A stretch of DNA of 64,000 nt from assembly GCA_904063045.1 (NCBI GenBank), contig CAJFCJ010000032.1, forward strand, positions 232,612-296,611. The letters are read 5' to 3'. The DNA comes from Dimorphilus gyrociliatus. Taxonomy: Eukaryota > Animalia > Annelida. The position numbers and the translations under genes are program-made. This document shows positions 1 to 12,592 of the stretch, piece after piece (within the stretch, counting starts at the first letter, position 1; each line of letters begins with the position of its first letter). The notes under the pieces were generated by a model. The model worked only from the letters and a program-made list of their open reading frames with translations, was not told the origin of the DNA and did not search any database.

Positions 1-259
1 CGGGAGGAGGATTTGAAGGACGCGAGCGATAAGAAACCGAATGAAGTAGATGGTAAATGAAGTATTAGCTAAGCATAAAAACGTCTCTTAACCACTTCAT
101 AGATAAAAGACAAGGAGCGGAAAGAACGGAGGCAAAGAAGAAAGTAAAGGTGAATAACAAGCGACTTATTATATAACACATACTCTGGCAATTAAAGGTC
201 GATTGAGCAGGAAAAAATGTGTTCTCTTTTATTGATAGGACAGAACAAAAGTTAAATAA
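1..259 (+). CDS. Possible 3' end of an upstream gene (charged low-complexity C-terminus), partial
   Basis: Putative exons <1-52, 103-149 and 239-259 have GT-AG introns (50 and 89 nt) with compatible phases. They translate to REEDLKDASDKKPNEVDDKRQGAERTEAKKKVKDRTKVK*. No family recognised. Confidence 0.3.
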
Positions 260-302
260 AAAAGAATATAGAATAAAAGAAAGAAACAGAATGGGCAGTT
301 CA

Positions 303-1499
303 TTAATTCTTTCTTTTATCATCTTCCTCATTTTCTTCGTCAAAATGTGAATGAACGTATAGAAAACTGAACAAAACGAAAGCACTCAGAATGTCCGTTA
401 AAGAGTTGGTTACAAGACAACGATTCACTATACCTAAAAACCGGAATATGGAACTTGTTATTGATTCCTTCCGTCCGGTTCCGTTACCTTTTTCCGTTCG
501 TTTCTTATCCTCTTTTCTTTTGTCAGGACCGTTCAAAGTTCTTAAAAGGTTAACTTCGCCACCCGCTAGATGGCTCGATCGAACGCTTCCGGGCGGAACG
601 TAAGGGATCTTATTCGAAAATCGAATATGTCGCTCTTTGTTCTTCTTTTCCTCTGTTCTTTCAACGTTACCGTCACTGTCGGTCGACTGATCTCGCATTG
701 ACGTTGGTGGTCGATTTCCCATAGAACAGTATTGCCTAGCAGAGCTACCAGTCACTAGTTATTGTATATTATATCTATATCCGTCTTATTATTATTTATT
801 AACATTAATTATTACTATAATTTCTTTAATGAATTAAAGCCATTAGGCCGATATTTAAAAGCTAAGGGCTGGGTTTTTAACAACATTAACTAAAAATATC
901 ATTCAATACATTTCGGAGATATAAGCTAGCTGGTTTATAGGGCTAAGAAAAGACTTTGAATGTTCAGAAATTCTTATCTGTTGAGTGGGAAAAAAGAAAA
1001 CAAAAGACGATGATGTACATGGGAAGAAAAGCAAATGGCAGATTGATTTTTACATATAAGGTATTACGAACATATCTAGCTGTTATTCTTTAATTAACCT
1101 TATAAAATAATAGATATATTGGTGTAATTCTAGGAATAATTGACAATTTTTTAGGTTCATAAATTAGGCGAATGGAGATAGATACTCAGACTGGAAACTC
1201 TACCAGATGCTTGAAGGTAGATAATTCACAGAATCGGCTGATGTATAACAATTTCTATATTCGCAAGTTTGTTGTATTGATAGCCAACTGATTTCCCTAT
1301 TAAATAAATTTACTTTAGTTTTTCCTTTCTTTCTTCTCTTTTTTCTTCTTCTTAGATTAATAGATTTTGTTGAGCTAATTTGAAGCGGAAATTCCGATAT
1401 TTCCGGATAAAGATTCGTATATGTTAAAGTGTCTTCTTCCGAGTCAATTATTTTCCAACTGGCTGCCGACGTATTCTTCTCATTTAACTTTTCCAACAT
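303..1499 (-). CDS. Uncharacterised protein with a C-terminal hydrophobic segment (possible tail-anchored protein); exon structure uncertain
   Basis: A 150-codon open frame at 755-303 follows an AG acceptor and ends in ILSAFVLFSFLYVH plus an acidic/basic tail. An upstream ORF at 1499-1200 carries the basic cluster RRRKKRRKK. The splice linkage between them was not firmly resolved. Confidence 0.35.
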
Positions 1500-2541
1500 A
1501 ATGAACTTTCAACGAGAGGAAGCAATATAGATATTAGCATTAGATTATCAATGTTGGCCGTCCTTTCTGTTATCAATTTTTGAATTGATTTATGACGACA
1601 TTAATGGGAAAAGGAGTTGGATTCGTTGAGTTTGAGTGAAGCGTCTAATCGATACAGGGCGTTTATGTTTGTCTTAGTACAAAAAAAACTTCCAAAAATG
1701 AACGGGCCGAAGGCGCTTGGACTGAATAAAATGGCGGCGGGTCAACAGTAGAGATCAAAAGTAATCAATCAGTGGAAAAATAGCAAGATAATTCCATACA
1801 ACACGTGCCGAAAGGGAAACACTAGCGAGCACAGCCTTTGATAGAGGCGTTTGTCAATAATGCGTCTATGGCAAACGTTTTTGAGAGTTTGCTTAAATTT
1901 ACCTACGTAAATATATTCGAAAGGGCTCAGGTGTACGATAAGTTTGTAGATAATAATTTTTTCATAAAGATAACCATTTCTTACAAAACAGGGATATTTT
2001 TAACAGGAGAAATATTGCATATAACGTCTATGTATATATATATACTGTATATAAAAGGCCAAGTTCAATTATAGGTCATACGATTAAATAACTAACTATT
2101 CGGTTATTGGCTTAAAAATTAAATAAATATAAGTGATTCTATAAGCTGAATATATATATAATGATTCGGAAAAAGAGTAAAATATGATCGCTATTCAAAT
2201 ACAAACGAATATTCGAAACAGTTTGCTTAAGTTTGCCTATACAAACACGATTTATTCAATACAATATTCTTAAATACGTGTATAGTATTAAGGCCCACTC
2301 TAAAATATACATGATATATGTATATATACTGTATATTTATATATAGTCTCCTCTAAAAAATAGATACCATGACTTATTCCTTTGTTTATCATTTAAGGCA
2401 GTTAATGTATATTATAATTAAGATAACGTGACTAGAAAATAGTTGAAGTCGGTTTTTAAAAGAGATTTCGAAATGAGGTTATAAAGAGATATGGTCATTT
2501 CTTAGTTTGTTCTTCAGTTTTTGCTGCTTTTCGCCTTTCAA

Positions 2542-4172
2542 TCACAAATCCAAAGTTGTATTTAAAAGCGATGAACACTCTGTAGATACCGGCTTCATTC
2601 TTGGATCTTCAGGTGTCCATATTTTTGCAGTCATTGTGTTATTCGGACCCAAACTAGATTTCTTTTCGTCTGTCCACGATAATGAATGCCCGGTAAGGGG
2701 AGGATAACCGTAGTGTTGCTGATCCGAGTCGGGTACTGTTGAAGGATTATTGAAAATTAATTAGCCGTGTGTTGACGACGTGTCATTGGTCATGCGCCAA
2801 TTGTGCTGCCAGTCAGCGTCATAGCCGGATTACAAACAAAAGTTTTGTTTGTTATCGTTAATGAGAAATTGATGAATATTATTTGATAACGCATGACTGC
2901 TGACTAAGTGGTCTTTATAATTTAATTGGCCATTTAAAATCAACTTAGGAAAACAACATATTTAGAATTATTCTTAAAATTTATTCAAAGCGCTCATCCT
3001 ATTCATATCGTTATAGGCTTTATTACACTTAATGCAAATATATCTCATTAATTATTTATTACTTATGCTTGTAATTTATTTCTCTTCTTCTAGAATGAAA
3101 GCATAAATCAACAAAAACAACAACATCAACAATTACGCCCCCTAGCATAGTCGATTTTTCTCTATTTACAGATAAGCTTTGGGCGATGAATCCGTCGTAT
3201 TATGTAATAATTTAAGAAGAGCTCTCTTATCCTTTTTACTATGTGTACTCTGAATTTCCTTTCGGTAATTATATTCAGCACGCGAATTCATTGTTAATCG
3301 AAGATTACTCTACATTTACCTTACAAACAGCCATACAATTATATACGTTCGCCAAGTAATTACACACGTTCACTACACTAACCCGAACGGAATGTATAGT
3401 AAAAATTGATACAATTTCTCCGAAGAAATACCAAGTTTCTTATGCCATCATATCAAATAAGAACAATACTTTTTAACTATATAACCAAAGATTTAATAAA
3501 AACATAATTAAATTAGGGTTGGTTGCACACACATACCCATTTATAAAACTCCTCTTCTACATATTAGAGGGTCGAACTTACTGAACCGAGAAATGATCAA
3601 AGCATTGGGGGGAAAGAAGAAGATAAGATAACTTTTAATATTTTATTAATTAAGTTAAATATTTGAGTGATAAGGATAAAATTTACCTGAATAAATAAGA
3701 TCTACTTACTTTTGTTATTTCATAAATGATACAAATTAAAATTTCTAAATTGTTAGGAAAACTAATGGGGAAATGACAAGGGAGCGCAAGAAATAAAGAA
3801 AACAATAAGAAAGAGAAAGAGTGCAGGGAGGGGATTGAAGGTTTTACCTGAATGACAGTGGATTATAACCTTCCTTGGCTGCTCGGCAACTCTAACAGCT
3901 TCAGGGGAAGTTTCATCAGATTGTATAAGTTCGGATAAGAAGGAAATGTATCCAATGGCCAAACGTAACGTATCAACCTTTGACAATCTTTTTTCATAAG
4001 GTAAAGTAGGAATCCTGGCCCTGAGACCTTCGAATGCTTCGTTTATACTTTGCATTCGTTTTCGTTCCCTCATATTAGCTGCTTGACGTTGATGTTGCTG
4101 CTGTTGAACGCCCTTCCGTTTCCGGCGTCTTTTTTCTTCACTAAATTCACCGTTTGTTAGGAAATCGCGCAT
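2542..4172 (-). CDS. Ptf1a: Pancreas transcription factor 1a (bHLH), 2 exons, 172 aa
   Basis: Exon 1 (4172-3848) encodes the b[55 protein letters not shown] followed by KVIIHCH. Phase-1 intron CAG|GTAAAA...TTCAACAG|. Exon 2 (2735-2542, not in the ORF track) encodes [17 protein letters not shown]...[10 protein letters not shown], the two Ptf1a-diagnostic RBPJ-binding tryptophan motifs. Confidence 0.96.
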
Positions 4173-4244
4173 ATTTTCAGTGATGAAAAGAAGCCGGAAG
4201 AGTTTGATTTGCGCAGCAAACGTTCTTTGCTGCCAATACTTTTC

Positions 4245-4295
4245 CTGTTAAATAAGCGCCACGTGCGCGAGCGCCGTTAGCCAATCAGAGGGCGA
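4245..4295 (-). promoter_or_regulatory. Ptf1a core promoter candidate
   Basis: TATTTAA on the minus strand about 80 nt upstream of the ATG, a CCAAT box at about 4281-4285, and a GC-richer patch. Confidence 0.4.
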
Positions 4296-5178
4296 GCTTT
4301 GCAAGAAGGGCGTGCTGATACACTTGACACTGAATAAATAATTTGTTGGCAATTAGTTGCTGATAACCTTTTTTCGGGTTTTTTTGAACGGAACGTTTTT
4401 TTCGCTACGAGATGCTAATTGAAGGATTGAATTAAATGGGTTTCTTATTATCCCTTTTTTCCGGTTACATAATTGTACAAGTGGCAATCGGAAGAGTTTA
4501 ATTTTCATTGTAACCTATCAATTAATCTCAACTGTACTTTCCCTCCTTTTGTTTATTTATTGGAGTGGGAAGGAAGAGGTGGAGGAGGAGGAGGATGTAG
4601 AAACGAATCTAAGAAACGTATCAGATTTTTTCAAGTAATGTTCTTTAATTTTAGTACATGACTGTCAATCACCTGTGTATACTTTGCTATCGATTTACAA
4701 TTGCAATACAAATTTCTTTTATATTTACTATTATTCTCTTTATTCTATATATTTCTCAAGTGTTCTAACGTCATCAAAAGAGTAGAAGCTGGCTATGATT
4801 ATTAATATTCAAATATATACAGTATGCATAGTATAAAAATTATATACTGTATAATGGATACGGCTGTACGTAGTGTTTGTTACCGTTGAACGTTGAAGAG
4901 AGAATAGGAAAGGTATGTAAGGTATATTGCATAATTGGCACGTTTCGTTTCTTTTCCCTTAATCTAGCTAAAGTATTGGAGAATTTGTAAATTTCTTTAT
5001 TGAATATACAAATAGAAAACTAGTTGCGTAAGAAGCGTTCACATGACCCCGAGTTGGGTTAGAGCAAACACTATCCACTTTTGTTCAAAATCACAATACG
5101 GTACATACGTTGTATAATAATAATAAAGGGCCACGCGACGGGCACGTTTCCATCGTTTTCTTTTGCTTATTTAATAAG

Positions 5179-5461
5179 TGACGTAACATTATAGGCGTCA
5201 CTTCCATGCCCAAACTAAATAAGTACCATTGAGTAGAGTACGTTCGCGTATAATTGCTAACTGCCACATGACGTCACGAAGGTCGCACCTCAAGGAGACC
5301 GCCGTACGTGCTTTCTTCTTTTATAATTCCTTTCGAAGAAAATCGAACAAACGTCTGCAAATATCTTAAAACAGAGTATTTTCAAAAATAATGTATATAG
5401 CATGTGCTTCTTGTTGAATTTTTCACTTTGTTTAAATATCAACACAACATGACGTCAGCTG
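5179..5461. promoter_or_regulatory. CRE/ATF-like site cluster about 1 kb upstream of Ptf1a
   Basis: TGACGTCA at 5269-5276 and 5450-5457 (both as ACATGACGTCA), TGACGTAA at 5179-5186, a half site GCGTCA at 5195-5200, and an E-box CAGCTG at 5456-5461. Confidence 0.4.
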
Positions 5462-6348
5462 CGCGATTTTTCGTCTAAAATATCAAAAGGACGCCGCTTT
5501 TATTTCAAAAAATTCTTAAAAGCCTCTAAAAGTTTAATTAGTCACTTTTTCCCTATCAACAACAACCAAATCTATTGCTTATAAAAACGGTCTTAGTGGC
5601 AAGCGTTCCCTCGGGTATCGATACCAAAAGAATCGGTAACAAGTAACTCATTACGCAACCAATTAGGCCTAACATCAAAGGACAATAATTAGCCCACGTT
5701 TTGTACCACACGGGGAGAATTTGTAAAAGTTTCACTAAACATCCTTTCCGTTTAATAGTTGGCGCCTTGCCAATCTGTAAATAGTTTCTTCCCAAAATAC
5801 TTCCCGAATATCTATCAGAGTTTAAGCAGGGTTGAGTACTACGACTTTCGCAGCAACTGCAAAAGAAGAAAGAAATAATTTGTACAAATACCATAAGGAA
5901 AGAGACTTTAACGCTTAAACTGGAAAGGTTGGAGGTTGAGGGGAAAAGGATAAGAAAACCATACAAGTATACTAATAGATGGCGCTTGTTTTTCTTTTTT
6001 TTATACCCAAAAGAAACGTAGTGGGGGAAGTGTGGGTGAGCGAGATTAGAGAATAGAGAATGGCAGTAGGAGGAGAATGGGGTGGTGGGCGGACACAGAA
6101 AACTAAATTAAATAAAGATTAACATACTAAACACTAACAATAGTCTTTAAAAATTCAAAATTTTTATAATAAAGTATCTAAAAATTAAATATGGATGTTT
6201 ATTTTCTATTGAATATGTAGGCCTACATTCATTAAAGATAATTATTCGACCAAATCAACTGTTTTTTCTCGAGTGAACTAGAACTTTTTTCTTCTAGATA
6301 TTAATAAAAAAATTCAGTTAGAAATATAGATACCCTATTCACACGGAT

Positions 6349-6430
6349 GCAGTCGTGGCCGAGTGGTTAAGGCGATGGACTAGAAATCCATTGGGCTCTG
6401 CCCGCACAGGTTCGAATCCTGTCGACTGCG
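6349..6430 (+). tRNA. tRNA-Ser (anticodon AGA)
   Basis: The 82-nt sequence GCAGTCG...CGACTGC(G) has an acceptor stem, A-box TGGCCGAGTGG, anticodon arm ATGGA-CTAGAAA-TCCAT, a long variable arm and B-box GGTTCGAATCC. A T-run terminator follows at about 6434. Confidence 0.97.
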
Positions 6431-7156
6431 CAATTTTTTCTTTTCATTTTTTATTTTTCGCTTGCCATGTAAAACGTTACTCATGAGAACAACAACAGCC
6501 ATGTTTCCATGCTCTTAATAATTAATCTTACGTATTTCCAAAAAAGATTTAGTGGTTCTCAAATCGATAGATGGCGCCCTATTAGTTTTGGTATAAAGAG
6601 AGAATAACAGTTCTCTTTTTAGTAAACAAAATACTTGTTAATAAGTGTTGAGTAAGGAAAAGAAGAGTTTACGTTCTAAAAACTGATATATAAACTTTTG
6701 AAAGGGAAAAAGAAAGCGAGAAGAACGACTAATAATTGTTACATTTTCTTTCAATTACCTTAGAGGAACTCTTTGTTTGGCGCCATGATTTTTATATAAT
6801 TCGTTTCTATTCCGACTATAAGGCATAAATAAGGAATTGATGGGAGAGCGATGATTTATCGATATAGTTATCCATTTGATACGATACCAATCCTTGTAGT
6901 TTTCATAGCCACAGCAATTATTAATTAACTGTATATAATTAAATAGTTAATGTTACAAAAACAGCTTTACTAATATGTAAAAATTATACATAATTAAAGA
7001 TAGTTTATACTTGAAACTTGTCTATTTCATTACTCATATTTTCGTAATTAGGGTAACCGTAATTTTTCATATTTTCTTTAAAACCCCTTTGTATATTTAC
7101 TGGAAAAGTTTTATTCAAGTAGACTAAAGATAGAAATGTTGAAAACTTTCAAAAAG

Positions 7157-7187
<31 letters not shown>

Positions 7188-7874
7188 AAATGTTAGAACA
7201 TTATGTTTTAATATCAAACAATAGCAACACTCTTTTCTAACTAACTTGCAAGAAACATTGAAAGTATAGAATGAATCGCGAAATTTGCAGTGTTTTTATC
7301 GAATGCTTCCTTTGGTCTATATCCTTAAAAAGCTATTTTTAGAAAGGAGAAAATGATGATCATCATAGAGATGGATAAGAGTAATATAATCTTACTTGAA
7401 TACCGTAAAAAGTTAATGAACAAGCAATCAATGAGGAAACATTAGCAATAGCCAATAAGAGGAAAAAATATTTAATGAATACATTATTGGTGAATCTTTG
7501 AAACTCTATAAGTGGATAATAAATTGTAGAAAATTGAAACAGTTCAAATACAAGTAACATAAGAGTTATTATGCTAATGTTAAGACAAATTAAAACTCTT
7601 ATATATCGACCTCTCTCGGTAATCTGTTAAGGAGGCTATTTTTAATAATGGGAAATTAGCTTTAAGTACTTTTTACTTGAATTTTCTTTGACGTTTTCGC
7701 ATTCTGTTCAATATTTCTTTTAACCATTTAAAATATATGTTTAAATTCAAAACTCTACTAAGACTTTTCATCTATTTATTTTCCTTTTATTTAAAAAAAA
7801 AAAGACATCACTCTCTTGTATTAAAGATAGAAATTTTTGTTTGTTTGTTTGTTGGTTTGTTTTTTACAGCTATT

Positions 7875-8285
7875 TCAATCGTAATAACAAGCAAAAACGA
7901 TTGATACAGCAACAATTGTTTTATTTTCGTATTTGTGGCTTACGTACGAATCGTTTGACGGTCCCCATAAACATCTGGAAGCCATTTGTCCTTGATTTCT
8001 CTTTTCACCGATTGTTGTATGGACAATTAACTTGTATCTCTCAGAAACTATATCCTTGACCTTAGATTTGATACTTAAGCTAATTTCAGTTGCTAGACTA
8101 GCGGCTTTATCGGCTTGATAATCGTTATTCGATATGAGATCAGTCATAACATCTTCGATAATAGTTTGAACCTTCTTTTCGGAAAATCTTTTAAAATCAC
8201 CGTTGTTATTAGATGAAACAGTCTGCTGAGATGGCTTAGACTTTCTTCGCCTATCTTCCATTTGAGCTCGCGTGGGCCTCCTCAT
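7875..8285 (-). CDS. Tctex1-domain dynein light chain (TCTEX1D/DYNLT-like)
   Basis: The ORF contains RYKLIVHTTIGEKRNQG..MASRCLWGPSNDSYVS..YENKTIVAVSIVFACYYD, a typical Tctex-1 C-terminal signature. An acceptor at 8290 suggests an upstream exon. Confidence 0.88.
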   Translation of the reverse strand: MRRPTRAQMEDRRRKSKPSQQTVSSNNNGDFKRFSEKKVQTIIEDVMTDLISNNDYQADKAASLATEISLSIKSKVKDIVSERYKLIVHTTIGEKRNQGQMASRCLWGPSNDSYVSHKYENKTIVAVSIVFACYYD

Positions 8286-8816
8286 TCTCCTATAAGACTA
8301 TTGAAAGAAGAAATATAGATCTAAATATTTATATATTGATAAAGAGAAGACATATTTATCCTGTTAATAGACGAAAAGCGGGGGAGAGAGAAAGAGAGAG
8401 GGCGACTGAGGAGAGGGGGCAGAGGACTTGAATAGAGAAATGTGTAATTGACTAAAGAATAGAACTTGTTTGGGAAAGGATTTATAAATTTATATACTGT
8501 ATATGTATATATATATATATAGTATACTATATATATAGATAAATGACATATAATATATATTTATATATACATATGATACGATATGTTCTATATATTTATA
8601 GAAGGTATACGAGTTAATGGCAAATATTTGTTTCATTTATTGAAAAAGCTTCGAGAGCTGTTTATTATAGTAGAGTTATAATTAGTTTAATATTTTTATA
8701 GCTTAATCATGTCGAGTTTAAAACAAATAGGAAAAAGAAACGAGTGAGAGAAAGAGAGAAGGGAGAGGGGGGGGAAGGTCACGAACTGAAAGAGGAAGTA
8801 AAGGAGAGGTGTAGGT

Positions 8817-8817
<1 letters not shown>

Positions 8818-8862
<45 letters not shown>

Positions 8863-8985
8863 AATATATTTATCCATAAAGAGCAAGAGTGAGAGAAAGA
8901 CATACATATATACATATATACATGCATACATACATACATACATACATACATACATACATACATACATACATACATACACATACAC
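8818..8985. repeat. Adjacent (GA)n and (TACA)n microsatellites
   Basis: Directly visible; they generate the spurious ORFs at 8718-8987. Confidence 0.95.
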
Positions 8986-11486
8986 ACATGCAGGTAGAGA
9001 ATGAGAAAGGGAGGAAGAAAGAAAATAATAGAGAGAAGAAATTTAATAAATTGATCTACTAACTCCTTTCCTATCCTTCTCGCTCATTTTCCGTTCGATA
9101 TCTAAGTAACCTGTAGTCGATACAACCGATTCGAGCGCTGTATATCGTGCAAACACTATTTTTTTGTAGTCATAAGCCTATAAAATATATCACATGTACT
9201 TATAATCCAACCGTAAAAAGGCTAGCTTGCATACTATTGTTTATTAACATAAATAATGCTATCAAGTTGAACATTAGATGTAATTAATAATTCAAATATT
9301 TCATTTAATTCGTAGAATAGGCAAGTTGAAAATTCAATCTTTTCCCATTGTTTAATGATAGACATACGGTACATAAAACAAACTAAAGTTTTTCAATATA
9401 ATAATAATTAAACTTAACAAAGTCATTTACGAAACAAAAATTACTTTCTCTCTCTTTATTAAACACTATATATATCGATCTAATAATCGATGTATATCCC
9501 TATATGTAATAAGTTATTTTCATAATAAGTTCTCTATATGTATAAATCGAATTTATTTGTTGAATCAAGTACGACTATATTGATTTTAATTGATTCATCA
9601 ATCTGTTTAATTATTTCTCTTGAAAGAGAAGATTTATTATGAATATAGAATATATACTATACGATATACATTCTTAAATATATACTGTACACACATATGC
9701 ACGCAGGGTGTTTATTCTATTTTACAGTTAGCTACCCATCTCTCAATCTATCATTCATTCATTCTAACATTCATATATTCATGTATCCATACGCTCCACA
9801 CAGTGAAATTTCCTTCTTCTGTGTTTCCTCTTTTTAGTTGGGCATGTTAAAAACATGTACAATTACTACTTAAAAGATAATTAATACACCAGCTATTGTA
9901 CTCCCTTTCAAGATTCCTTAAATAATTACATGATCCATTGTTAATAATTTGTTTAGTATGTGGGCGTTAAATATATATGTAAATATATGCTGTGATATAT
10001 TAACTAAATGAGGATAATACATTTTCAACATTCTCTCCCCCTCTCTCTATCTATCTTTCTCTATTATTTCAATTGTTTGAATCTTTTTCAAAAAGAAATG
10101 AAATTGTTGCTAACTGAATTGAATGAGACAAAGGGAATGTGGCAATAATCAATGAATATTTCTCTCATTCTCTCTCTTTCCTTATATATATATATATATA
10201 TATTTCTTGTATACAGTTATATATATATATATATAAACAGTATTTATATATACACCCACCCTCAATTTATCAATAACCTAACGACCTCTACACCCTATTG
10301 CCTTAGTAAGTGCATATTGAAAATACCCAAAGTGATATATGTCATTACATATTTCCGGTTTTCTTTATTCCAACTATTTATAACCAAGAGTATTTCTAGA
10401 ATTTGTTCATTCAATACGCTCTTTTCTTAGTCTTCCCTCTTTTCTCTATCCTTCGTTTTTAATTTCCTAGTATAGAAGAGAAGAAAAAAAGAAACCGAAT
10501 CGATAAGAAATTTTCGTCTAATTTGGCGGTCCCCTAGTAATTTACGATTATAAAAGGGGATTAGGTTCAATATCAGGTTAATCCGAATAGGAATAACTTA
10601 AGAGAAAGTATTTATTGGGCCTAGGTACAATTACCTATTAATCAAATGAATTTTCCCCAATATATAAAGTTTTTTGGAAAATACTTTCTTTCATTAAAAG
10701 TATCAGAGAACATTGTCTATACATTCATTCATTTATTCTTTCTCTTTTCGTCTCTTCCTCCTTCCCTCTCTCTCTCTCTCCCACTCTCTTTGAATTGAGT
10801 AATAAAAAAAAGAAATGAGAGATATTAATGAAAAATACTTTTGTTATCTTTTTCTTTTTATTCATACTAAATAAATAACAAAAAAACTGATATGATTAAC
10901 AGTAATTCCTTTCATTTCTTAGATTCGTTTGTAATCTCTTTTTATTGTCTAATTTTATTTTTACAAGTCCTATTCAGTTTCTTCTTAATCCGTTAACTAT
11001 ACAAGAAATCCCCTAATCCGCCAGCGTTGATTAATAGAAAACAATAAATGTTTACCTGTGTAAAATAATAGAGCAGAATCCCGGCTTATCAGCTAATTAT
11101 CAGTGTTTATATAGAAGTAATATGGACGAACTTTTAGAGCAAGGCCGAACTGAGCATTTTAACTGAATAAAGTAATCAATTAGCAAGTACTACAAGCTTT
11201 GATGTTTTGTCTAGAATGTTTAATCGATAAGTCCCTTATTGAATTCCAACCCGTAAAATACTACTAAATGACAGTTTATAATGGGGAATGCCAATCCAAA
11301 AAACATAGTATTACTAAGCATTGCGCGTAGCGTGATTTTTTTCTTTTTTTACCCTTTCTCAATGATAGTAAAAATAAACATACAATGAATCAGATCTATT
11401 TTTAGACCCCTTTGACGCGTTTCTAAATTTTATATATAGTCGGCAGCACTGGCAGTGACGCTTCAAAAAGAAGTGGACGCCGAAAC

Positions 11487-12592
11487 ATGAAGAAAACGAT
11501 GCTCATTGCACTTTTGTATTTAACTACAGTTATGGTTCTTTCTGGTTTGTTTTATTTCTGTTTCATATCTTATTTTTTTTATATGGAAATAATTTCCTTT
11601 TAAAACACTTTCTAGTTATTTCCGGTTTTATTTTCCATCTTTTCTTTTTTCTGTTTGTACATATATATATATGCGTATTTTTGGTTGTAATTGTCTTTCT
11701 TTCTCTTTCTCTTTCTGAAAGAATTCAGTAGAAAGACATGTTTTTCATTCATTTGTATTTAAAAATCATTGGAAATATGTCAATTTTTAATTTCAATATT
11801 ACTTTCAATTGAAGTAGAATAAAGAAAAGAAAGGAAAAAAGAGAAAGTTTACTATATAAAGATCATTTATAAAAAGTTAATAATCGAAAGAGAGAAAAAG
11901 AAAGATATAAAAAAAGAAAAAGGGAAAAAAAAGCAGTTGAAAAATTATCCTTGTCTTTTTTCTTCTAATCTTTCTTTATAACTCTTTGTCTCTCTCTTTT
12001 TTCTATTTGTTCCAATTTTTTCATCTATCCGTCTTTCTCTCTCTCTCTTCCATCTCCGCATCTTCCATTTCTTATTACTCATTCAACAGAAAATTTATTA
12101 AAAGACTACAAAGGCGGACAATAAATCGTACAATTGTATAAATTATATAAAACAATTTGGTTTGACTTTTTGATTAAAAGAAATTGTCTAAATTGAAATA
12201 TTGTTATTTATTTTTCCCCAGACAAGAAAGAAATGATAGAAGCATTAGATAGATTGCGAACGGCAAAACGGTAAAGTATAAAATAATTCGCTGAAGCATG
12301 TAAATGACTGTAAAGTTTAACGATAACATAAAAACAAAAACAAGTTTATGTAAATAATGGATCATGTTTGATATATATTGTATATATATTGTATATACAC
12401 AATTTAAACGTTTATAGCGTTTATTAACAATATACATTTAAATATAATACTGTCAACAGGACGAAATGGTATCTGAAAAGTTTTTGCGGTTTAAGTGGAG
12501 AATGGTGCGGTACGTGCTGTGAAGGTTACACTTGCAAATGTAATTTATGGAACGCTAATTGCCGATGTCAGAAAAAATTATTTTGGGGATGA
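11487..12592 (+). CDS. Agatoxin-like peptide (inhibitor-cystine-knot-type neuropeptide) precursor, 3 exons, 79 aa
   Basis: Exons 11487-11544, 12222-12270 and 12460-12592 have GT-AG introns with matching phases (1, then 2). Translation: MKKTMLIALLYLTTVMVLS-DKKEMIEALDRLRTA-KR-TKWYLKSFCGLSGEWCGTCCEGYTCKCNLWNANCRCQKKLFWG*. This gives a signal peptide, a dibasic cleavage site, 8 Cys, the CxCNLWxxNCRCQ motif of insect agatoxin-like peptides, and a terminal Gly amide donor. Confidence 0.9.

Noticed and set aside
1270-1310. FNREISWLS resembles the polyphosphate kinase N-terminal NRELSWL motif
   Set aside because: The match is short, the ORF ends about 25 codons later, and no other PPK features are present, so it is probably chance.
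5556-5966. 136-aa minus-strand ORF upstream of Ptf1a
   Set aside because: It has no recognisable domain, the start is non-ATG, and I found no convincing upstream coding exon. It may be a UTR or non-coding exon.
8718-8987. ORFs with MYVC and SL repeats
   Set aside because: They are translations of (TACA)n and (GA)n microsatellites.
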